A DNA stretch of 32,000 bases from Gemmata obscuriglobus (GTDB lineage Bacteria > Planctomycetota > Planctomycetia > Gemmatales > Gemmataceae): positions 2,520,001 through 2,552,000 of the forward strand of contig NZ_CP042911.1 in assembly GCF_008065095.1 (NCBI RefSeq). The letters run 5' to 3'. Below, one piece after another: positions 23,419 through 30,894 of the stretch. The position numbers were made by a program, and so were the translations under genes. Under the pieces are notes generated by a model, which did no database searches, was not told where the DNA came from, and saw nothing but the letters and a program-made list of their open reading frames with translations. Numbering within the stretch: position 1 is the stretch's first letter; the number at the start of each line of letters is the position of its first letter.

Positions 23419-23512
23419 GAGCGTGAGCCTCATACTACTCCGTTAATTCGCCACAAATAATTACAGTGTCGCTACTTATGGCGATCTGCACCTACAGGCC
23501 CGTGCACCCGCA

Positions 23513-23537
23513 ATGGGTTCAAATCCCAGCGATTCTG
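23513..23537 (+). other. tRNA T-arm/3'-acceptor-like fragment (possible integration-site remnant); not a functional tRNA
   Basis: atGGGTTCAAATCCCagcgattctg resembles a T stem-loop (GGG/TTCAAAT/CCC) plus a 3' acceptor strand. No matching 5' acceptor, D arm or anticodon arm can be folded from the 75 nt upstream. Confidence 0.25.
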
Positions 23538-23739
23538 GCGAGTCCGTTCACGAGAGCAGCAAACATCCCGCTGGGGCAGTGAGCATTCCATTTGACTCAA
23601 GTCCAGATCCTACAAGGTGTTCCGTCGAGATGTGTCCTGGTGGCGTGTACATAACACGTTGTAAAATAAGCAGTTGTGGCGAGGTAACGGAGTAGTACTC
23701 AAGCGGGTTGGAAAAATACGCCTCATTGAACAACGTCTA

Positions 23740-23768
23740 TTGACTTGGAAGCCGCACAAAACAACAAT
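23740..23768 (+). promoter_or_regulatory. Candidate sigma-70-type promoter in the AT-rich leader of the toxin gene
   Basis: TTGACT (23740-23745), a 17-nt spacer, AACAAT (23763-23768). Planctomycetal promoter rules are poorly known, so this is weak. Confidence 0.25.
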
Positions 23769-23925
23769 CCTCTCTTCAATCACAGCTCAACTCTCCCGAA
23801 TCGCGGCGATTGTCCGTGTCAGACTGGATCGAATGCTGATCGCGTTGGCAATTGATTAGCAATTTCTCTGGTTGTTTCTTTCGCACAGTCGTCTGCCTGA
23901 AGCCTTTCGCACGGAGTACGCGCCC

Positions 23926-26900
23926 ATGCTGAGCGAAGCCTTGCGCCGGTTCGTCCGCCGTCTCTTGGCCCGGTCCCCGTTCCGCGAGCCCTTCGGGCGG
24001 TCGTCGCGTGTTGTCACCCGCCACACCGGCCTGCCGTACCGGTTCCGGCTGGCGGGGCTCGAGGCGATCGAGAGTCGGGACCTTCCCGGCTCGCTGCTCG
24101 CCCTCGAGTCCCTCCCGACGTTTCAGGACCTCAGTTTCCCCGCGCCGCCCGCGGGCGTTCCGGCCCTCACCTCCTGGTTGGGTGACAATCCGGTCGGCAG
24201 CGGTTCGGCTTCTTCAGCCGCCGAAAGCTCAACCCCTGCCGTCCTTGACTTCTCCGGGAGCGACTCCGACCGTGGGGGCTCTGGCGCATCGAGCGATGAG
24301 CCCCTGTCGGGTTTCCACAGCACCGTTGATGACGATTTGGGGATCTCCTGGGACGTTCCGTTCGCTGCGCTGGGCGAAATGCCGCCCGCCTCAGCCCCGA
24401 ACCCGAATGGTACGGCCGGCGGTCCCGCGGGGTTCGGGGAGAGCCCGACCGGAGGGTCGTCAGGCAGCGGGTCGGGAGGCGGCGGACTGGAAGGTGAAGG
24501 AGGTGGCACCGGAGGAACCGGGGGAACGGGTGGTGGTTCGGTTGGCGGGCCGGTGGGCGGCGGTCTGGAAGGCGAAGGAGGTGGCACCGGAGGAAGCGGA
24601 GGGACGCCGGGGGGCGAAACGGGAGGTGGTGGAGAAACGGGCGGCGGGGAGACGGGAGGTGGCGGGGAGACGGGCGGCGGGGAGACGGGAGGTGGCGGGG
24701 AGACGGGCGGCGGAGAAACGGGCGGCAGCGGTGGTACCGGCGGCGGCACTTCGTCGACCGGCGTCTGGATCGAAGCCGACAACGATTACGTTTACCGCGG
24801 CGATACCGTTACGTTCTACGTCCAGACATCGCTCACCCCCGAGCCGGTGTACACCTCGATCGAGTGGGATTTTGACTACCAGGCAGGCAACTTCCAGGCC
24901 GACGTTTCCGGTACCGACGAGTTCGCTCCACACACGTTCACAAGCGTGGGGAATGCCACGGTTGCCGCGCGGTTGACCAACGCCCAAAGTGTTGAGGTCG
25001 TCACGACGGCTGTCACGGTCCACCACGAACCGCCCGTCCTCACCGTCCCGGAAAACCTCACGGTCGTTGCCGGCAACACCAAGACGCTGACCGTAACAGC
25101 CGACACCGATGTCGCCATCACCGGGGTTGAGTGGTGGGTCGCCCTCGACGGCTGGGAGTACGAGCAGGTCTCGGACATGACCACGCTCGCGGCGGACTAC
25201 GAGTTCGAGACCTACGGCGACTACGACTTCTGGGTCCAGGTAACCGACGCCAACGGCGAGGTGGCCGAGAGCGGGTTCACCGTCAAGGCGACCAACGACA
25301 CGCCGGACGGGTACGCGTTCTACCGGACCGCGACCGGTGTCGTCAACGCGACGGTCGATGAGGGGAGCGTGGTCACGTTCGTGGTCACCGACCTCGACCG
25401 CGAACTCGATGTCGAGAACACCGACTCGCTGACCGTGGAGGTCGATTGGTACGGGACCGGAGAGTACGACATCGTCAACGACGGCGACTGGACGTTCAAC
25501 CGGGAACTCAAAACGGTCACGTTCGACACCCCGTACGAAGACAACCCGGAGGGCGGAACCGTCTGGCACGCCAAGGTCCGGGTAACCGACGATTGGGGGG
25601 CGGCTACCGACGACGCCGTTGATGTCCACGTCCGCAACGTGGCCCCGACCGCAACGGTTCAGGCGGGCACGGTCATCTCGACCGTGGCCACGGGCGGCCA
25701 GGATGTGCGTGTGCTGTACGACCAGGAGTTGCTCTCGTTCGAGAACATCGTCGAACCGTCCGAGGCCGACCTCGAACAGATGGAGTTCTTCTGGATAGTC
25801 GACGGGACCCGGCTGGGGAACACGGCCGCCGTTCCGCTACCCGACTACACGGTGGCCCGGCCGCACATCGTCGAAGCGTACATGAAGGACAAGGACGGCG
25901 GCGAGACGCCACACGTCACCTTCAAACTCGTGGTCGCACCGGCGCCCATCCCGGCTGCGCATGCGATGGGCATGCCGGAGGGGACTGGGGACCCCAACGA
26001 CCCGAACGAAGGGGATTTCTTCACCACCGATTCGGGCCTCTTGGTCGAGCCGCAGTTGGGCGACGGACTGCCAAGCGCGACCGTGTTCGGCAAGTTTATC
26101 CCGACCGACATGACTGTTGACAATTACCTCCAGTACGCGAGCTGGCCCATCGTCCGCCGGTCGGTCGGGGTCGGCCAGGGGTTCAGTGTCAAGTTCACCT
26201 ACGATCCGGAGAGCCTAGCGTTCGCTGCCGCGCACGGGTACACCCTCCGGTACCGGTACGCGATCGACGTGCAGTACCCGTCCGACGGGCACGGGAGCGG
26301 GCCGCTGCCGCCGCACCAGTACACCAAGACCGCGAGCGACACCATCTCGGTCTCCGGTCAGCCGGAGGACCGGGTCATCATCGTGACGGTGATCCCGGAG
26401 ATGCTGAGCGGCGGCACCGTGGTGCGGTCGGCCGGGCCGCACCAAGTGATCGCCACCACCCCGCGGTCGCAGTCCACCTGGGATCAGGCGGTGGACCTGT
26501 GGAAGATGGTCCGGGACCTGGCCCCGCAGCTCGGCAGCGCGGCCGCCAACCTGTTCACGTCGCTGTCCGGGAGCGGGTTCACGACCCTGATGAGCAACCT
26601 GGAGGCCGGGCTGACCGGGGCGCTCAGCGACTTCGTCAGCGGGTTCCAGACGACCAGCAAGAAGGCGTTCTTCGAGTGGCTCGGGGCGGGCTCGACCACC
26701 CTTCTGTCGAACCTGGCGAACGCCAACTTCAACGAGTGGGAGGACATCCAGGCGTTCCTGCTCGGGTACGCCGGGCTGACGTGGGACAACGTGCAGGCGG
26801 TGATGCTGCAGGAGCTGGGTGCCGGGAACGTGGCGGCGGTGACGAAGATCTACGACGACTACTTCGCAGCCGAGTCGGACACGTCGAGCGCCCGATCGCT

Positions 26901-28821
26901 GATGGCGTTCGTCAATAAACTCGATCCCAACCTGGTCGAGGGGCTGAAGACCAAGGCGATGGAGCAGATCACGATCGCGGCGGGGCGAGCCGTGGCCCAG
27001 GCGGCGTCCATGTTCCTGCCGGGTGCGGGTGCGATCCGCGGGCTGTACAACGCCCTTCAGTGGGCGCTCGACAACCGGACCCAGATGGGGGACATGTTCA
27101 CCAAGATCGTGGACAGCCTGAACGCGCTGGCGGCGGGCAACGCGGGCAACTTCCGGGCGGAGCTGTTGGGGGCCATGAACGCATCGCTCGGGCCGCTGAT
27201 CGGTCTGGCGGCGCAGCAGTTCGGTCTGAACAAGCTGCGGGACGAACTGAAGCGTCTGACCGAGTACGTGCCGCAGCGGGTGGACAAGCTGCTGCGGGAC
27301 CAGGTGGCGGCCGTGGCCAAGGGGCTGGGTGGCGGGGTGATCACGGGGGCCGAATCCGGCAAACTAACATCGACGCAATTCACGTTCGCGTACAAGGGGA
27401 AGAGCTACAAGCTGGTGCCGGTGGAGGCGGGAACCGCGTCGCAGTTGAAGATCATCCACCAATCGGAGGGGAACAAGGTCCACGTGTTCACGGCCCAGGA
27501 CTTCGACGGGCCTGCTCTGGCCAAGTACCAGGAGGTGATGGCGGCCGAGGTGGCGGTGCGTGCGGCGGCGAGCGGTCCGACGCGAGTGGCCATCAAGCAG
27601 AACGTTAACGGTGCAGGCACCACCGCGCCGCAGCCGAAGGCGAAGTTCGCGGATCTGAAAGCGAAGCAGGCGGCCCTGGACACCAAGCTGGCGGACCTGA
27701 CGGCGTACCTGCAAGCGAACGGGTGCAAGTACCTGAACGCGGGTTGCTTCGCGGCCGGGACCAAGCTGCTGACGCGGCGCGGGTGGGTGGCGGTCGAGTT
27801 ACTGGGGATCGGGGACGAGGTTGCCAGCCGCACCGAGCACGACCTGACTGGGCCGGTGGAGTGGAAGGCGGTGGAGGACACGTTCCGCCGCATGGGCCGG
27901 GTGCTGCACCTGCACTTCGCGGGCGGGGAGCTGATCCGCACGACGCCGGAGCACCCGTTCTGGGTGGACGGGAAGGGGTGGACCGCGGCCGGGTCACTGG
28001 CCGCGGGGGACCGGATCGCGACCTTGTCAGGCGAGTGGGTGCCCATCGCCGAGGTGTTCGACACCCAGGAATGGGAGCCGGTGTACAACCTGCGGGTGGC
28101 CGACCACCACACCTACTTCGTCGGCGACGACAACTGGGGGTTCGCCGCCTGGGCGCACAATGCGTACGTTGTCGTGCACAAGAAGGTCGGCAAGAAATAT
28201 GTTTGGAGTGTTGAGGACGAGAGTAAGCAGACACCTGCTGCATCTGTAGATCGTTACGTTCGCGATGTATTTGGTGCGAGAGCGACCTTCGCCACACAGG
28301 ACATTGCTCTCAAAGTGCGTGACCAGCAGCAAAAGGCGGAGGAGAAAGTAACGGCTCTATCTACCGATGACGGAGATCGTTTTGAGTTCTTAGCGCGAAT
28401 CTCTCACGCACCAAGCCGGCATTCCGAACTCATTTTCAGGCCGGATGGAACTATTTGGCAGGAAATCGATTTTGAAGTCAACGGCCGCATTTACGAAACT
28501 GGAATTTCGCTTGGGTCGAAACAGGAGCAACTCATCCGCTATGGTATCATTGCGCGCGCTCGAGGAATGACCGTTGGCGTCATCTTCGGGCCACGAGCAT
28601 CATCGACAACAGTGCGAACTTACTACGCTACACTCTCCGTGCCATTTAGCAATGCACTTATTCAAGAAGAGATGCCGCCGGGAGTAAGTATCTCGGATAG
28701 TCAGATTGTCGCCTCGTATTTTACCACATTTGAAGGTCGGACTTATGGTTTTCCCGCGCCAATAATAGGTCAAAATTCAATGCTCATTTGGCCTACTGAC
28801 TGGGAAAGGACGACTAACTGA
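23926..28821 (+). CDS. Polymorphic-toxin-like multidomain protein: Arg-rich LExLExR header, Gly-rich repeats, PKD-like Ig domains, helical domain, Hint autoprotease domain, variable C-terminal tip
   Basis: Track ORF starts at TTG 23872. ATG 23926 has GGAG 9 nt upstream. PKD-like ends include VRVTDDWGAATDDAVDVHVRNVAPTA. The Hint domain and tip are listed separately. Composition is host-like (about 65% GC) up to nt ~28160. Confidence 0.85.
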   Translation: MLSEALRRFVRRLLARSPFREPFGRSSRVVTRHTGLPYRFRLAGLEAIESRDLPGSLLALESLPTFQDLSFPAPPAGVPALTSWLGDNPVGSGSASSAAESSTPAVLDFSGSDSDRGGSGASSDEPLSGFHSTVDDDLGISWDVPFAALGEMPPASAPNPNGTAGGPAGFGESPTGGSSGSGSGGGGLEGEGGGTGGTGGTGGGSVGGPVGGGLEGEGGGTGGSGGTPGGETGGGGETGGGETGGGGETGGGETGGGGETGGGETGGSGGTGGGTSSTGVWIEADNDYVYRGDTVTFYVQTSLTPEPVYTSIEWDFDYQAGNFQADVSGTDEFAPHTFTSVGNATVAARLTNAQSVEVVTTAVTVHHEPPVLTVPENLTVVAGNTKTLTVTADTDVAITGVEWWVALDGWEYEQVSDMTTLAADYEFETYGDYDFWVQVTDANGEVAESGFTVKATNDTPDGYAFYRTATGVVNATVDEGSVVTFVVTDLDRELDVENTDSLTVEVDWYGTGEYDIVNDGDWTFNRELKTVTFDTPYEDNPEGGTVWHAKVRVTDDWGAATDDAVDVHVRNVAPTATVQAGTVISTVATGGQDVRVLYDQELLSFENIVEPSEADLEQMEFFWIVDGTRLGNTAAVPLPDYTVARPHIVEAYMKDKDGGETPHVTFKLVVAPAPIPAAHAMGMPEGTGDPNDPNEGDFFTTDSGLLVEPQLGDGLPSATVFGKFIPTDMTVDNYLQYASWPIVRRSVGVGQGFSVKFTYDPESLAFAAAHGYTLRYRYAIDVQYPSDGHGSGPLPPHQYTKTASDTISVSGQPEDRVIIVTVIPEMLSGGTVVRSAGPHQVIATTPRSQSTWDQAVDLWKMVRDLAPQLGSAAANLFTSLSGSGFTTLMSNLEAGLTGALSDFVSGFQTTSKKAFFEWLGAGSTTLLSNLANANFNEWEDIQAFLLGYAGLTWDNVQAVMLQELGAGNVAAVTKIYDDYFAAESDTSSARSLMAFVNKLDPNLVEGLKTKAMEQITIAAGRAVAQAASMFLPGAGAIRGLYNALQWALDNRTQMGDMFTKIVDSLNALAAGNAGNFRAELLGAMNASLGPLIGLAAQQFGLNKLRDELKRLTEYVPQRVDKLLRDQVAAVAKGLGGGVITGAESGKLTSTQFTFAYKGKSYKLVPVEAGTASQLKIIHQSEGNKVHVFTAQDFDGPALAKYQEVMAAEVAVRAAASGPTRVAIKQNVNGAGTTAPQPKAKFADLKAKQAALDTKLADLTAYLQANGCKYLNAGCFAAGTKLLTRRGWVAVELLGIGDEVASRTEHDLTGPVEWKAVEDTFRRMGRVLHLHFAGGELIRTTPEHPFWVDGKGWTAAGSLAAGDRIATLSGEWVPIAEVFDTQEWEPVYNLRVADHHTYFVGDDNWGFAAWAHNAYVVVHKKVGKKYVWSVEDESKQTPAASVDRYVRDVFGARATFATQDIALKVRDQQQKAEEKVTALSTDDGDRFEFLARISHAPSRHSELIFRPDGTIWQEIDFEVNGRIYETGISLGSKQEQLIRYGIIARARGMTVGVIFGPRASSTTVRTYYATLSVPFSNALIQEEMPPGVSISDSQIVASYFTTFEGRTYGFPAPIIGQNSMLIWPTDWERTTN
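24616..24726 (+). repeat. 33-bp coding tandem repeat (ETGGGG-ETGGG) about 3.4 copies, inside a ~330-bp Gly-rich tract
   Basis: The sequence reads gaaacgggaggtggtgga gaaacgggcggcggg gagacgggaggtggcggg gagacgggcggcggg and so on. Just upstream is a 75-bp-spaced duplication encoding GGLEGEGGGTGG(T/S)G at ~24481 and ~24556. Confidence 0.9.
27745..28161 (+). other. Hint (Hedgehog/intein-type) pre-toxin autoprotease domain
   Basis: CFAAGTKLLTRRGWVAVELLGIGDEV...ELIRTTPEHPFWVDGKGW...GDRIATL...PVYNLRVADHHTYFVGDDNWGFAAWAHN. It has the N-terminal Cys (27745-27747), a TxxH block (TTPEH) and a terminal His-Asn (28156-28161). The +1 residue is Ala. Confidence 0.85.
28162..28818 (+). other. 219-aa low-GC C-terminal tip (putative toxin domain of unassigned family)
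   Basis: Hand counts of 60-nt lines give ~65% GC at 28081-28140, versus ~48% at 28201-28260 and ~42% at 28741-28800. The position directly after a Hint domain fits a toxin tip. I recognise no catalytic motif with confidence. Confidence 0.6.
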
Positions 28822-29456
28822 TGAGCTCGCGCTGGTGTTGGTTTGGATACCCGGCGCCGGGGCGGTCACTCAATCCGTCAGCAGGTTTGGCCGCGCTCGG
28901 CAACTCATTCCGTCCCGATCCGCCATCCGTTTATACAATGGCGGCCGAAAAAAATCCGGACTCTCCCGATATCGGTTGGCTCCGGCGAACCCGACTGAGT
29001 GAGCCGGTTTCGCTCGCGCTCCGCCATCGGCTCTCGATGGGAGAGAACATTAAAGCTTTTCTTCGATTTGAAGGGGTAGAATCGGGCTTTTACCAAACAG
29101 CCGCGGAATTCTACTCGTTCCACTCTGCCCGGAAACCCGAGCTGATCTTGGTGTACTCAACTCACGAGACGAGCTTCCAGCAACAGATTATGCTTCGATA
29201 CGTGCGAATATTTGCATCTGCCGCCAATGCCGCGTACTTGATACGAACGAATGAGATATGGAACCTCGATGAACTATTCATATTGTCCGAGCCGGTGCCT
29301 GAACTGCGATTCCCAGATCCGGCATTCGGGCACGGGGTGTACGAGGTCTGCGTCAACGCCGCCAACGGCGGGTTGAAACCGATCGGATTAGAAGCGGTAC
29401 CTGGCGAGCCGGTTGAAGCGGGCTTCATCAGTTTTGCCGCACTACGACCGGCATGA
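28821..29456 (+). CDS. Putative cognate immunity protein (211 aa, family unassigned)
   Basis: The ATG overlaps the toxin stop (cTGATGa). Low GC matches the tip (~47% at 29161-29220). No signal peptide. The alternative start ATG 28938 is also possible. The call rests on context only. Confidence 0.55.
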   Translation: MSSRWCWFGYPAPGRSLNPSAGLAALGNSFRPDPPSVYTMAAEKNPDSPDIGWLRRTRLSEPVSLALRHRLSMGENIKAFLRFEGVESGFYQTAAEFYSFHSARKPELILVYSTHETSFQQQIMLRYVRIFASAANAAYLIRTNEIWNLDELFILSEPVPELRFPDPAFGHGVYEVCVNAANGGLKPIGLEAVPGEPVEAGFISFAALRPA

Positions 29457-29668
29457 ACGAGATAGAGGTAAGCGTTCACAGTTGATGAAGTTGGCAATCA
29501 CCAGATTGCGTAGAAGAATTTTCGTCATCACTTTTCTGTTAGCTCGACGACGTATCCGGGCAGCCGCGAGCACCGATCGGTGTTCGCGGCCGCGGTCGCG
29601 GCGCGTTCGTGCTGTCCCGAGCTATACCCGATGAGGATTGGTCGGCCGGGCGGGACTAAGAACCGCAG

Positions 29669-29917
29669 TTACGCTTCACCGAACGCGGGCGCGTCGCTCA
29701 CGACGAACTGGACGGCCTGCGATTGAATCGGTCGCTGCTCGGCCACGTGTTCGGCCGGATGCCCGATCCGCTCTATGTGGCGGACCGCGCTGGCGACGTG
29801 TTCGGCCCCGGCATTGGGGTCGACATTGATGGTGGCGAACTAGGCCCGCAACCGCTCGATCACCTCATCCGGTGACAGATAAGATTGCCCGTCCGGTAGT
29901 CCTAGCCAATGAGTCAT
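29669..29917 (-). pseudogene. Small ORF interrupted by an in-frame TAG (possible decayed gene)
   Basis: The reverse strand reads MTHWLGLPDGQSYLSPDEVIERLRA, then TAG at 29842-29840. It continues in the same frame as FATINVDPNAGAEHVASAVRHIERIGHPAEHVAEQRPIQSQAVQFVVSDAPAFGEA, with stop at 29671-29669. No family was recognised. Confidence 0.25.
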
Positions 29918-30848
29918 TCGCCTTGTCTTCTAAACAGCAGCTCATTCTGCGATCAGAAAGCGTTCAGCGACGGGATACAGCGCGTTGCCCAGTGGCCCGT
30001 TACTTCCCGCTGTATCAACGAAGAGAGTCGCCGTTCGCACCGGCCGTCAAGGTTCGCGTTCAGCGCGGCCAAGTCGTGTAACAGATCGCAGGACGGATCG
30101 GTTTTGAACGCGGCTTCGGTCTCGTCGCGGGTGCGGACCAATGCCTCTCGTGCGAGGGTGGGAACGGCTGCCAACTGAACCCAGTAACTCTGCGCGAACG
30201 AACAGCGACCCCTTCAGCCCTTGCTGGTATCGAAGGGCGTTGTGGTGGGACCACGAGAGCTTCGCGACATCATCTGTACCGCACCGGCTTCACACCTCGA
30301 TTGTCTCGCGTATCACAGGGTCTTCTTTACAGATCCCTTCAGCAACGGCATTTTCGGCAAGGTTGAAATGCGTTGATCCGGACTCACCATGGAGCGCGTT
30401 GCCATCAGGTTGGTAGGGGGCCGCAGCGGGCGCTACACGAATCATGTGGCCGAGGCCCCAGGTGCAGCCAGCCTGCCAGGGTTAGTGACAGAGGAGTGGG
30501 TGCTCGCGGCACGAGCGACATTCGCGGACGGGACGGGCGATGGGGTATGAACTGACGTTCCGCGGGCGATTCGCTGCCTATTCGCTGGTACGGCATTACC
30601 ACCGAATCGCGCCCTCAAAACCCGGACAATCGCTCCCGGTGAGCTGATCTGGGCTTCCGCGTAACGCGAAACGTCTGCTGTAACACGTTTCTGCGGCGAC
30701 TCTTACGGCGGGTGCTGGTTCGGCACAGGGAACACCCGTCTCGGGCGAAAACTGGTGCGGTCGCTTCACCCGAGGCTTCTCAAACGGCCAGAACTACCAC
30801 GCAGGGGGAATTGGCGATGTGCGTGAAATCGATGCCGCGTCCGAGTCA

Positions 30849-30885
30849 CAGAGGGGCGTTTCACCTCCGAGTTCACGCCCCTCTG
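30849..30885 (-). terminator. Hairpin 10 nt downstream of the glycoside-hydrolase-like gene
   Basis: CAGAGGGGCGT (30849-30859), a 15-nt loop, ACGCCCCTCTG (30875-30885). There is no clear U tract on the minus transcript. Confidence 0.45.
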
Positions 30886-30894
30886 TTTGGAGGA

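Noticed and set aside
23455-23540. Intact tRNA gene around the GGGTTCAAATCCC motif
   Set aside because: No complementary 5' acceptor strand (AGAATCG) and no anticodon stem can be formed from the upstream sequence. Only a fragment is present.
23513-23695. 60-aa ORF in the AT-rich leader (MGSNPSDSGESVHESS...)
   Set aside because: It has no ribosome-binding site, low-GC random-looking composition and no motif. It starts inside the tRNA-like fragment.
24123-25629. Minus-strand ORFs 24123..24782 (Pro-rich) and 24460..25629 within the toxin gene
   Set aside because: They are antisense of the Gly-rich and PKD-like coding sequence. The Pro runs are simply the complement of GGN codons.
28432-28490. 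PD-(D/E)xK nuclease-like motif in the toxin tip (IFRPDGTIWQEIDFEVNG)
   Set aside because: The Asp and acidic residues are spaced plausibly, but the Lys of (D/E)xK is missing (EVN). I cannot verify secondary structure, so this is too weak to call.
29450-29533. Minus-strand 28-codon ORF MTKILLRNLVIANFINCE..., reminiscent of the N-terminus of RecF/OLD/SMC-like ATPases
   Set aside because: It ends after 28 codons, overlaps the 3' end of the immunity ORF, and has no Walker A motif following. It could be chance.
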